Below, piece after piece: positions 1-11,922 of a stretch of 64,000 nt of DNA. Every line of letters starts with the position of its first letter. Positions within the stretch are counted from its first letter, which is position 1. The notes beneath the pieces are model-generated. The model saw only the letters and a program-made list of their open reading frames with translations. It was not told where the DNA came from and searched no databases. The position numbers and the translations under genes were made by a program. The DNA is from Antedon mediterranea (taxonomy: Eukaryota > Animalia > Echinodermata), in contig NC_092670.1 of NCBI RefSeq assembly GCF_964355755.1, positions 20,446,795 to 20,510,794 of the forward strand. The letters are read 5' to 3'.

Positions 1-24
1 CTTTTTATCGTATTAGTTTATGTA

Positions 25-84
25 CAGAGCTTAGAGGTTTCAGAACATTAGGCGCTATATAAATCCAGGATATTATTATTATTA
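25..84 (+). mobile_element. 3' tail of a SINE/LINE
   Basis: aggcgctatataaat followed by a (tat)n tail, typical of L2-type SINE 3' ends. Confidence 0.4.
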
Positions 85-86
85 AC

Positions 87-249
87 AAGGCCGTAGCGAA
101 AGATTAAAAACGGACATAAGGCAAAGATACTTTAAATATAATTATTTAAAATTTAATGATTTCTGCTGGGGAATTAGGGTGGGTAGTGAACATTGAAAAT
201 TTCAGACGAGGCCCTCGTCTTGTCTGCCTCATGCTGGCTACGGCACTGA
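87..249. mobile_element. Short non-autonomous DNA element (hAT-like MITE)
   Basis: Imperfect terminal inverted repeats caaggccgtagc / gctacggcactg. Related ends occur at about 57038-57050 (ggctacggccctg) and 61881-61893 (cagggccgtagcc). No clean TSD. Confidence 0.45.
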
Positions 250-369
250 GTAACTAGAAATTTAAAAACAATACACTTACAAAGCATACAATGTATTTTT
301 TAAAGACACAAATGGTTGAAGTCTGCATTATAGTACTGTATGTTGTAGACATGCTTTCTGACTATTTAC

Positions 370-3300
370 CTGTGAAAACAGCAGGGTCTTGTCCATCTTG
401 ACCAGTTACATAAAAACAAATGTGTCCAGATGTGTGACATGGTGTAAACAGACATTGAATATTTAAACTTCCAACCTGCAAAGAAAATGAAAGAAATTAG
501 TTTTGTCCTAATTAGATTCAACTATTCAATTTCAATTTTGCTTTTATTTCGGATTCACATCCATAGTTTTAAATGTATTGCAAAATAAGTGTAAATATAC
601 CATTATCAGATCATTTGAATGGAAAGACAGACATGTTCCCTAAGGATTGAAATTCCTGGATGTATTGTGCATATGTTACCTTGAATTTATCATCATGACT
701 GACTTTGTTGGTTAACGCTGGGATTCTGTCATCCCCACCATAAACATTTAGCCCCTGTTGAAGAGACACAAGTTTCTCATTTCCTCCTGAATGATCCCTA
801 AAAGAAAAATGCATTTTTTAATACAAATCTTTTACTTTTTAAAAAAACATTTGAAGGTAACTACCAGAACGAATACAATTGATAGGAAATAATACTGAAT
901 AAAAAGACAATTAGTGCTAATTTAAATAAATATAAAGGAAACACGAATAGCTATTGTATTTCGTAACTGCTTCCGATGTGTACAGTAGTACTAATTTGAA
1001 TATTGAATTGGTGTTAGTTAAATTGATTGGTCGATAGTTGTTGCTATTGTAGTCAATGGATATATAAAAGTGGCATGTACAAACTCCTCTCATTCACTTG
1101 GAAAAACTGCTAAACATACATTGTATTGCTATAATACACTAACAAAATGCAGAGCAGAGGCGAGAAGTCTGTTAATGTCTGTAGATCCATTCGAGTCTCG
1201 CACAGTTGGAAAGGGTCCAACCACCAGACAGTTTATAAAAGGATATGAGATTTTAAAAGTTCACAATAAAATTTTCGAGTGCTATATTAATGAAAGTGTG
1301 GCCCTAACGGGAAGCATAATATATATATAAACTTTATTTAGACACGAGACTGATGTGCAGTACAACTCGTTCAATCAATATTGATTGTTTTTACACAAGT
1401 TCGTGATACTGTATTACAAAAAAACCAACACCATATAAATACGACAAAAACGATAGAAAAAATTAAAATTGAAAAGAAAAAAAATTACAGCAGAATCCCC
1501 TTCATCTGACACCTCTATTTAGGGTACACCATACCGGTACTTCCCGTGTAAACGGGAACCCTTATCGAAGTGTATAATTCATGGGGATTCTACTGTAATA
1601 CATAATAAATCTTTTTGTTTTCATTTACCTTAAAATAATAGTGATAAAACACACATTTTACATAGTATTTAGCCATTTTAAAAGTTGGATGTACACCATC
1701 GTAGATACCATACCATTATGTTTTACAATGCATTTTTCAGATACGTTTTAAACAACTTGACTGAAGTTGGAAGTCAATTAATAAATAAATTAATAAATAA
1801 ATAAAATACTGGCGTTAGAAAGGGGAAAATATATAACAGTTAAAAACTGTTCGGTGGATACAGTGAATGATAAAGTTTCATTGTCGGCCAAAACAAAGGT
1901 ATGACTAGTCTATTTTAATATTTGGTTTGATACTTTTTGAGCTAATAATCATGTTATTGGAATTGGTTTGAAAAGGCTATTGAGATTAAATATTCTTTTT
2001 TTTTCTTTAATTTTTCTTTAAAGCAGCGAAATTTGAATTTGATGAAAGTGGAGTTAAAGACTACCGAAATCCACCAAAGGTTGCTTTAAATCAAATAAAA
2101 ACTTTGCCGATGAAAAGAAGACTGTCGACTGAGGGAAACGTGAGTGGATATTAAACGTCTTCGTACAATCCATATAAGTGATGGCCCGGATATCATTGAG
2201 GTCAACTTGTGGGGTGACCACACAGATGTTGGCTTCACACTAAATGAAAGGGTAGAAGCAACTGGTTTAATTGTTATAGAATACAAGCACGTCAAAAAAC
2301 TTGAATCGACTTCATCGTTGGTCATCAAAAATGTCATACAAAGAAAAGACATGCCTGGAGACATAATTGCTCTGTCGGATGATGAGGTATTTTGTTCTTT
2401 AAATGTTTTCAAAACCATGTTATATTTATTGTTCCAGTGCTTTGTCGGTCATGGTTCCTAAATGAAATAATTTGTTCGTTGTCTACTGCATGCTTATATA
2501 CTGCATGCTTATATACTGCATGAATTATATAAATTTGGCTTTAATGTGTGAATATTTTATTAATTTTATCTCTCCTTAACATCTTTCACTTTTACATTGT
2601 AGGTTCCAACGGCCTTATGAAATAAAATTTACTCCAGGCGATGACGAACATGTAATTCTGATCACCGAAAACTCCAAGGTGAATGGTGACCTCTACTCTT
2701 CCAATTTCGGCACACGTCACAACAGTTGACAGTGGTTCATGTAGGGCTATGGAATGCGTTTTGTTAAACGTCGTCATCGATGATGATGGTGTTGACTTTA
2801 AACAAACCGATTGAACTTTTACTATGGCACAATCTTTAGTTTAAACACACAACCCGTTAAATATCTTCAGTTGTTACTTTATAGAAAGTTAGTGAATAAA
2901 TTTAAAAAAAGATAAACTTGAATAGTGTTTGTTTGTTTCCATAGTTCATACTTTGTTTGGATCCATTTTTCTTGACTATACCAGTACCTGTGCGTCCCTT
3001 CCATTTAAAGTTTCTCACAATAGTGACATGAACTTTTCATTGGAAAATAGCAAGGCATAAACAAAATTAAATTTAAATATAGAAAATGTTAATTTGTTTC
3101 ATTGTTACAAAAACTATAGGCTATTTTAATATGCCAATAATGAAGACATATAGATTTGATAGTAAATCATATAATATAATATGATTTACATATTTAAAGA
3201 AAGTAACACAAGTGTTATCCGCTCCACACGGGTGACTAAATAATATATATAATACTTTCTATAATATGATTCGATCTTGACTACTTTTTCCAGTATAACT

Positions 3301-5076
3301 GTATTGTTGTCGTAATCAACTTTTAATGGTCCACCCTAGCCAAAAACCGTGTGGCCTGGCGTCACACCACCCAGCAAGTGGTCAACTCCTTCGAAAACAC
3401 ACGCAGGATAGCCTTTGAAGAAAAAAGAGAAAAACCCGAAATGCTGAACCACAACCACAAGAGTTGCACCCGAGATTCCTCTGCAGCCGTTGTGGAAGGA
3501 CATGCCTTTCTCGCATCGGACTTGTAAGCCACAAACGAGCTTGTGACAGACGTGGACAAACCCCTTCATAAAATCTTCGTTCGCGAAGCAAAGTCAAGAA
3601 GAAGAAGGAAGATAAAAATAAACTTACATCGTACAATAACTCTAAATTGTAATTAAATTACAATTGTAAGATATATTATTAAATGTTAGTTTATGATTGC
3701 CTACAAAATTTACATTTATATCCTAACTTTCTCTAAATGTCACTATAAATCATACGTATGATTTATACACTAAGAAAAAAAATTAAACAAAGATGTGCAT
3801 AGCAAAAAAATAGATTTCGTTCCCATGATGAGACTCGATCTTGATACCTCAATCGCTCTACACATGATCACTCACCATTAAGCCATATACACATCGGAAT
3901 AAATCTTGAACACAGATTCCTCGGTGTATTTGCCATGTCGTAACCACCTTTATGCAGATACAGTTTGAATAATTAATATCGCATAATAATGAAGAGGTAA
4001 GCCACTGATCCTATACATTTCATTATAAATTATACGTATGATTTATACACCAAGAAATAAAATGAAATAAGTGATGCGGATAAAACAAATATTTTGTTTA
4101 ATATTCCGTTTCTCAAATATAAATTTCTCACCAATGATGATGTGTTGTGAGTACCGAAGTCAACTTCACTCCCTCTTGCTTTACTGCTTCAACAACCTAC
4201 AAAATATTTGAAAACAAAATGTTATTTAAACAGGAAACTATTTCTGGCTGCCTTACATATCACTACAATATTTGGGAATATCACTGCCATATTTAGGCAC
4301 ATCACACTTTTTTTGTCAAACTGTAGTTGGATAGTGTAAACAGGGCTTTAATGCTTGACCTTTTCTGGTTCCACTGGGTCAACAATGGCTGCCTCATTTG
4401 ATTCTTCATCAACCAGCAGGTACATATAGTTGTCTTGAAGAGCAGGGAGTAGTCGCACTCTCATGTCGATTTGCGTGATAAGAACTGTTTTTGAGTGGCA
4501 CCTTCTGAAGAAGCAATTGTTGGTTAAGCAACGAGATTGCCAGGCTGCAATAAAAAAAATGTACAAATGTTTGTAAAACGACAGACATCATCTAATAAAC
4601 CATAGTCTACGAAATAAACTTTGAATAAACTTACTGCATTAAAAATGTAATAATATACTGCATACTACTAACTATGCTAAAATAAATAAAACAATAGGAT
4701 GAAAGTAATACTGTACACAGTATAACAATACTTTTAAATGAAGCCTCTAGTACTTAAACTTTTCTTTGGTTAGCCATTGCTTGATTAGCAGCAATAACAG
4801 CAAGAGTCAAAGAGATGGGCAAAACTAAATAGGCCCCTTCTGTCTTAAATAAATGCAGGTCATATTATATTAACTGAGTACTGTATAATGTACAGGTATT
4901 ACAAAACAACGTGACTCGGCTACATTCGTCATTAGCTTCTCCTGGCCTCCAAAATTGACTTTAGCCTAACCCAAATGAAACATGCAAACTTGCAAACACT
5001 TATAATATTTAAAGAATACCTTACAATTTACAAATAATCTTGAAGAAAATGAAAACAAGACACTAAAACCCTTCAT
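370..5076 (-). CDS. HAGH: Hydroxyacylglutathione hydrolase (glyoxalase II), 5' five coding exons; the gene continues beyond the left edge of the window
   Basis: Exons (minus strand): 5025-5076, 4360-4544, 4132-4196, 680-797, 370-475, all GT-AG and phase-consistent. Translation [23 protein letters not shown]...[66 protein letters not shown]...[35 protein letters not shown]...PAVFTG contains the THHHWDH metal-binding motif and the TPCHTSGH motif of glyoxalase II. Confidence 0.95.
1061..2900 (+). pseudogene. Decayed multi-exon tandem OB-fold (RPA/HIN-like) gene nested antisense in HAGH intron 3
   Basis: TATA box 1061-1070 and Inr-like TCATTC near 1090. Exon-like pieces at about 1147-1243, 1741-1898 (ag...gt), 2024-2139 (ag...gtgagt), 2144-2386 and 2603-2814; AATAAA at 2895. 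Peptides [74 protein letters not shown] and [57 protein letters not shown] follow the beta-strand pattern of OB folds. Stops and frameshifts are present. Confidence 0.55.
1488..1595. mobile_element. Tc1/pogo(Tigger)-type MITE
   Basis: TIRs CAGCAGAATCCCC / GGGGATTCTACTG with TA on both flanks. Confidence 0.75.
3312..3612 (+). mobile_element. 3' fragment of an RTE-clade LINE
   Basis: Encodes [34 protein letters not shown], then after a frameshift [23 protein letters not shown] (RTE C-terminal Cys/His motif), a short 3' UTR and an (AAG)n tail. Confidence 0.8.
3740..4090. repeat. Two direct repeats of about 70 bp, 280 bp apart, each containing a 24-bp palindrome
   Basis: TATAAATCATAC|GTATGATTTATA at 3744-3767 (perfect) and 4024-4047 (1 mismatch), each followed by cac(t/c)aagaaa. 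Confidence 0.75.
4256..4348 (-). mobile_element. Partial copy of the PIF/Harbinger-like MITE family (ctctgtctacact TIR)
   Basis: atatcactgccatattt/ggcacatcac core and tagtgtaaacagggcttta end, shared with the other copies in the window. Confidence 0.7.
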
Positions 5077-5292
5077 TAATCTCTGAGCTGTGTCTTTGTT
5101 GTTTTTTTTTTACGATTTTTAAACACGTGACTTGAGGCTGAGGTCAAAAGAAGGCGGTGCCTTGATGTGCAATGACCCGTAACCATAATAGATTTCACAC
5201 TTGTTGTACTTTTTCATAACAACAAAAAGGAAGAACCAGTGATGAAATGTTAAATTCTCCATGGTTCACCTGATATGAATTAGAATATATTG
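5077..5292. promoter_or_regulatory. Putative bidirectional promoter HAGH/TMEM220 and non-coding first exon of TMEM220
   Basis: HAGH ATG at 5076 (-). E-box CACGTGAC near 5124. Plus-strand donor TG|gtaagc at 5292 lies upstream of the TMEM220 acceptor at 6145. Confidence 0.5.
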
Positions 5293-5839
5293 GTAAGCAT
5301 GAATGGAAATTATTGTAAAAGAATTTAGTTAAATGTTAATTTGGAAGGAGTCTCATCTGGAGACGAGACGAGCATAGTTTTTAACTCTATCTAGTCTAAA
5401 CTCTAGGCCTAGCCTAGGCCTAGGCCTAAACTAGCCTCTAATAGGCCCAAGCCTGGGTTAAGTATAATAAAAGTAAGTACCTGTCTGCCTCTCTCTCTTG
5501 CTTGAGTCTTAGTCTTTGTTGACTTGGTGGTTTGGTTGACGGTTGTGTGGTGCAGTAGGCTTCTCTGGTTGTATATAATAAGTAGGGGGTGTTTATCAAT
5601 ATATATAGGCCTATATATATATAAATCCAAAGGCAAATTACTGAGAAAAATGACAATGCTGTGGGTATCAGTGGCTGGATCTCAATGGAGATACAAAAAT
5701 AAAAAGCGAAAAGCTAAATCAAAACGATAAAGTAAACAGCCAGAAAAGTTAGCAGAGCTTTCGGGCAACACTAGCCCTTCATCAGTGCAAGTGAAGGAAT
5801 TTGGATAACGTCATAGTATAAAGCTGGCAAGTGCTGCCT

Positions 5840-5844
<5 letters not shown>

Positions 5845-5891
<47 letters not shown>
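5845..5891. repeat. (TA)n microsatellite
   Basis: About 23 consecutive TA units. Confidence 0.95.
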
Positions 5892-5893
<2 letters not shown>

Positions 5894-6145
5894 CCTACAG
5901 TATTAATAACGAATTAATATTATAAAATGTAGAAATGGGTTGAGATATTATAATAACAAATCATACTGTCCTGTAGTGAATGTTCGGTGATTTACTTTTT
6001 GTCCAGCATTAACATAAACATAGTTTATTAATTTGATGTACTTTTTAAGAAATATATTAAATACTTCATTTTACTTATTTTCTGTTACCTGTAACAAGCC
6101 CGGTTTTTTTGTTGTTCAATCTATTCATCAACTTTTCTTTTACAG

Positions 6146-9100
6146 ATGTTAAGAAAGACAACTAAGTCTGGTGTAATGGAAAAAATCATGGGACCAAGCT
6201 CTAAACACAAACATAAACATGCAACACTTATTTGGAGAGCGATAAATGGTGTCATGAGTTTTTTCTTTTTTCTTTGTTCAATTGTGCAAGTAAGTGTTCA
6301 GTAAATTAGTACTGTAGGCCTACACATATTCAAATTTATATTTAAACAGTTTTACTGTGTATTTCAAGTGTATAAATCCAAAAGCATATTACCGAAAAAA
6401 TGTTTAGGAACAAAGTTTTAAGTTTATTCTAATAGTCAAATGCTACCTTATATAATGTTTATTATTTTATAGGTCTTTGTTTATTGTATTTGTATCCGTT
6501 GTATATTTGGTATGTTAACTCTCCTGTTATTCGCAAATTCTTTTTGCTGTTGGTTTGGGTTTTGACTTTTTATATGACATCTTGTTCTCAGTTTTATGTG
6601 ATTTTATTCTTTTTTACTGTTTGTGCGACAATGTTTTTTAGACAATTTTAATGTGTGTACTTTCAGCCAAAGTTTCAAGCCATTCATGAGTTTGACAATA
6701 AAGTTGATTGAATATTGAATATATTGAATATTGAATATTGAATTGAATATTGAAATAAAATATAAAATACTGTGGATCGAGATACAGTACAAATTAGCAT
6801 AAAGCCCAATCAAGCTTTCGGAAAACATTATTCCTTCATCATCATGGCTAAATTGCTTGCATACTGTATAGGTTTAATGTAATTGAAAAGGGATTAACCA
6901 ACATCTTCTTATCTATTGGTTAAATCCACCACTGCATTGTGAAACAGTACTCGCGGTAGACAAACCAGACAAAGGCTGAATAATCATGATTATAGTCTAC
7001 AGTAGGTAAGGTTATTTTAAAAATAGATTGACCTAATGTGTTTGCTCATCCAGTTGTATGGTGAAATGATTTAAAGTGATTATCCATATGCTGTGCTTTT
7101 TATAAGTAAACTATAGAGGCTCAAATATTTACAATTATAAGACACTTGAGTGTTGTCAGTGTCAGCATGCCTTTAACACTCTGTGATGGACTACTACTGT
7201 ACAGTGTAAATCAAATAAAACAATGATGCGTGTAGTGTCCCATCATATACTTGTATTTAATGCATCTTGCTGTAGCTTGAAGTGTTTAGTAAATATGTTT
7301 AGTCAAGTGATGACTTGGTATACAATGTCTTTAAACAACTTCTTTTATGCCAGTTGTCCAGTTAAAAAATTCTTCTAGTTTAATATTAACACAGCATACT
7401 TCTCTAAGCAATTTGGTCTAGGTAAAAATCCGATTTCTTTGCCAAACAAAATAATAAAAAAAACAATAAATGCTTTTAATGTACTAGATGGCACGCTCGC
7501 TTCGCTCGCGTACCATCTAGGTCGTGCCCACAGATGGTTCTCGAATACACAGTATTTCCAGCGAGAAAAAAATGGAGATTTCAAATGTACGTACTGCCGG
7601 ACTATAATACATTGTCGTTTACAGAAACGAATAAATATACACAATGATTTATGTAGTCAGCTAAAATTAGCACCCTGGGAATTACTTCCGAGAGAGAAAC
7701 AAAATGAGTCAATTTTTTTTATTTGGACTCATTTAAACAAACCCAATTTGTGTTTTGTATGTAACATTAAGGGTTGAGGGATGGGGGAAGAAGATAGGTA
7801 CAAAGAGGAAACATTTTAAAATATATTCTTATCCACTCAGTAACGAAATATTGTTTTTAATGTTTTATAGGCCTATAAATAATATACCACTAAATACAGT
7901 AAAACATTTACGATTTAATACGGTACTTTGTTAAAACTCTCACTGTCATAGTCAATTGAAATAGTAAAGTACATGTAACGATACACCACTACGACGTTTA
8001 TATATTTTTAAATTATTAATTAATACAAACGTTGAGAAGCAACTGTCAGTAATAACGTTTATTTATTTGTATATTATATGTTTATAATCTAACAGTAGGG
8101 CCTACCCACATTCACAGTAATAAAGTTTATTTGTATATATTTTTATATTACATCTAACAGTACCAACACTCACAGTAAGAAATTTGCGATTCAAATTGCG
8201 ATCAAAAGTGGTTAATACCTTAACAGTATTGTACAGCATTGCAATACTATTTATGTTTATTCTCCAAGGGGGCCCATAAATCTAAATCTATACCTCTATG
8301 GTTAAACCAAATAATTTGGAATGTTTATTTGTATATTATATGTTTATAATCTAACAGTAGGGCCTACCCACACTCACAGTAATAAAGTTTATTTGTATAT
8401 ATTTTTATATTACATCTAACAGTACCAACACTCACAGTAAGAAATTTGCGATTCAAATTGCGATCAAAAGTGGTTAATACCTTAACAGTATTGTACAGCA
8501 TTGCAATACTATTTATGTTTATTCTCCAAGGGGGCCCATAAATCTAAATCTATACCTGTATGGTTAAACCAAATAATTTGGAATGTTCCATTCATCACAA
8601 ATCAATACATTTGTAAAAACGTATATTAAATGTATCAAAATAGTATTTTTTAAAGAAAATCGGCCTGTCTTCAACATTATGATGGTGTACTCTAGCTGTT
8701 CAACCGGTTTTCAGCTATTAAAAACAATTATCGTAGGAGGAGATAGGAAAATGCGAAGCCTCCTCGCATTTTTGTGGCGGGTATTTTTCAAGATGGACAT
8801 CCATTATACAGTGTATACCACGGTCGGAAAACACCCCTATTTGGGGCAAATCTTGGAACCTAAATTCGTTTTAACCGTCAATAACTTATTATCTAACTTA
8901 ATTTAATTAGTAAACAGGGTTACATCAGGTGGTTAAAATCAGTACCGAAAGTACGAACCAACTTTATATACCATCGAGTAAAAATTATAGAAGTAAGGCG
9001 CGATTTACCGAATTTTGCCCTTACGTAAATTTATATATAGATTCATTTTAGTTGTTCATTTAAACAATGCTTTCTTTTATTACAGTTTAATGACCCTGAT

Positions 9101-10682
9101 CCATACTTGTGGGTAGTGAGTATTGACTTTTTAATTTATTATTACATTTTTCAGGAATAGGACTAAAAAAAGATTTCTGTGCATTGTTCTTAATTGCACT
9201 AATTGTGTTGCTGAAGAACTCTTCTTATAACTCTTAAATTATTCCATCAAGTTTATATTTCTAGTTTCAGTTTTAGCTGCTTCCACCCTAAGCAACCTCC
9301 TAATAACCTTTAAGTAGTAGTTTTGTAAGGTCATCCTGAACTTTGTCAAATCTTTATATATTGCAGCCTTTCTACTGTATTCCAGCTTGCCTCTGTGCAA
9401 GTATAGTATGGAAGCCCGATGTTGTAGGTAAGAAAAATGATGTACCAAGTTCTTTTAGCAGCCACATCAAGTTCTTTTAGCAGCCACATCAAGTTCTTTT
9501 AACTTCTACATCAAGCTTTAGCTTAGGCGTATGTCAAATGATGTAGAGACTTTTCTATTATATTTACTGCTTGATTTTGACAAATGATACATGTGATTGG
9601 AATTGTGATAATAATATTATGTATACGCCTTAATTCCAACCATGTTGGGTGTGTTCCCTTTTATGAATCCTTAATACACTACTGAAACTCCTCTTTGTTT
9701 CAGAGAATAAATATTGGAGGGTGCTGTCATCACTTCACATAGCCATCTCATGCTTTAGTTCGATAGTTCTGATCTTACAATTAGTTCACTACTTTCGTGA
9801 AGAAATTATTAATCCTCTTCGATTTGAAGAAGGAAGGTAAGAAATTTATTTTGATGTATTTTATGTTGTTTCATTCAACGTTCAAGAATATGTATATATT
9901 TTTAGTGAATTAAATAATTATATATAGGTGTGTTAATAAATGATATTAGTTTCAACAATAATAGTTTTTTGTTAACATGCAACTTTTTTCCTTTTTAGGG
10001 AAATGTTAGGTGTTATAATAGCAATATGCTGGATAGTAATATGCAGATTTTGTAATCCAAAGAAAAGGTAATTAATAAGGTTATATTTTTACTTTTAAGA
10101 TAATTTTATGATTTACTGCAGTAATTGATTAGTGACTATTGTATTCTGCTGCTATATATAATTTTAGAATGGTCGCAGTGAGACTTAGATTTTAAGCAGC
10201 CTAGGTATACAACTCTTCATTTAATGTATGCTTGTTTGTTGGTAGTGTAACCAACTTTAGGTCTTTTAATAGTCTCCTTAAGTAGCCTCCTTATTCAAAC
10301 CTAATTCTGCAAATCTTCAATGAATGTCTAATTACTTTTCTGTTGGTGTTCTACCAACTTTCTGTCTTAGTTTTTATTCAAACCTATTCCTGCAATTCCT
10401 CAATAAATGTCTAATTACTTTTCCCGTTGGTGTTCTACCAACTTAGATTTTAAGTAGCCTCCGTGGAATGTCTAATTACTTTTCTGTTTTAACAACTTAA
10501 GTCTCTTTAAGCAGCCTTGCAAATCTTCACTTAATACCATTCTGTTTTCTGTATCTTGTAGCGATGGAAGTCAGCAGATAGGTGCTATGATGACAATGGT
10601 GGTAATAATTGGTTTTCTTCCATTTGCTATATGGATTGCAAGTTGTCTTGATTCATACCATCACTGTGGAAATATGTGGTAA
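6146..10682 (+). CDS. TMEM220: Transmembrane protein 220 (about 185 aa)
   Basis: Exons 6146-6289, 9086-9115, 9367-9427, 9704-9836, 9999-10067, 10562-10682 are phase-consistent. Translation ...LIWRAINGVMSFFFFLCSIVQ/FNDPDPYLWV/PFYCIPACLCASIVWKPDVV/ENKYWRVLSSLHIAI...NPLRFEEGR/EMLGVIIAICWIVIC.../...IIGFLPFAIWIASC..HCGNMW* has the hallmark Q-x-NDPD-x3-W and EEGRE-x2-G motifs. The 30-nt and 61-nt exons match the vertebrate gene structure as I recall it. Confidence 0.9.
7419..9021. mobile_element. Probable degraded DNA-transposon insertion in TMEM220 intron
   Basis: CpG-richer block relative to its flanks. Weakly complementary ends (aggtaaaaatccgattt vs reverse complement agggcaaaattcggtaaat). Contains a 262-bp tandem duplication. 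Confidence 0.3.
8062..8587. repeat. 262-bp tandem duplication
   Basis: 8062-8323 is repeated almost exactly at 8324-8587; each unit has an internal imperfect repeat of about 60 bp. Confidence 0.9.
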
Positions 10683-10794
10683 AGTCTGGTTTAAGTATTC
10701 CATATCCATCATTCATAAAGGTCATCTGTGCATATATTTGCAATGTCATCGCTATGGAAATGCTTTTTGTATATTGCATCACGCCATTCATAAG

Positions 10795-11090
10795 TAGCTC
10801 ATCAGTTTTGCTTGCATTTCTGTATATAATATTCCAGTCACATTTTAACTGTATAATAATCAAGGCAGCTGAGAAAATTCGCTAGATTGTGCTTACATTC
10901 CTGCAAACTATCGCAGTCGCATCACTCCATTTATAAGCAGCTCATCAGTCTTTTGCTTGACACAGCCGTTGCATTTCAGTATTTGAACTGTATAATTTTC
11001 AAGGCAGTAACTTCGCTAGATTGTGCTTACATTCCTGCAAACTATCGCCGTTGCATCACACTCCATTTATAAGCTGTTCAGCAGTCTTCA
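10795..11090 (+). repeat. Imperfect tandem duplication (about 140 bp) in the TMEM220 3' region
   Basis: tcgctagattgtgcttacattcctgcaaactatcgc...ctccatttataagc occurs at about 10879 and about 11012. Confidence 0.75.
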
Positions 11091-11376
11091 GTTTCTACTG
11101 CCAAGCTGCATATTTTTGTATATATTACAATACCACTAACATCTGTCTATCAAGTCAGCAATTTAAGTGAGGTGAAGATTTTGGTATGCAAACTTTGATT
11201 GAATGTGAAAAATAGAGATGACAATATCCCTCTGCAAATCTTACTGATGTTAAATATAAGCTTCATAGGCAAACCTTCCAAGTTTCCAGATAATCAAATG
11301 AGTCACCAATATTTTAAGATAATCTCCTGTTTCACACTAAAGGTGCAGTTTTGTGAATACAAAAAACATTACAATA

Positions 11377-11545
11377 CAGTAAACTCTCCGAATATTGGAC
11401 TCTCTGAAAACTGTTCTCAAAGTCCAAAAGGTCCCAAATTCCTCTTTACAATTAAAAGCACATTCTGAATACCAGATTTTCGGGTAAACCAGATATACAG
11501 TATTTGGCAAGCCCAAATGGTGTCCGGTATTGGGGGAGTTGACTT
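11377..11545. mobile_element. Tc1/pogo-type MITE
   Basis: ta|CAGTAAACTCTCCGAATATTGGAC ... GTCCGGTATTGGGGGAGTTGACTT|ta imperfect TIRs. Confidence 0.65.
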
Positions 11546-11922
11546 TAGGCAAAATCTATCATTTGGGATCAATCACACTTTACTAGGCCCTTTTTAAAAT
11601 AAATTTTAGATATATTTTTTAAAAGTCGAAACTCCCTCTATGTCTGGCTACGCTTTTTATAAATTATTATATTTCGTTTCTCCAATTTAAACTGATTGAG
11701 ATGTTATCCTATGTGGGATTTTTTATATTTATATTTGTAATATACCTGTGGGCCAGATTGTTGACTGTGGTACTGTATAGGGCATGTTAAACATTTGTAA
11801 TACAATTTTAAAATTATAAATAAACAATTATGTGTATATTTTAGTATATGTATATGTTCTTTATTCTGTTATTTTATGTCTCATTGAAATTCTTCATAAG
11901 CACAACATTACAACTGTTTAAA

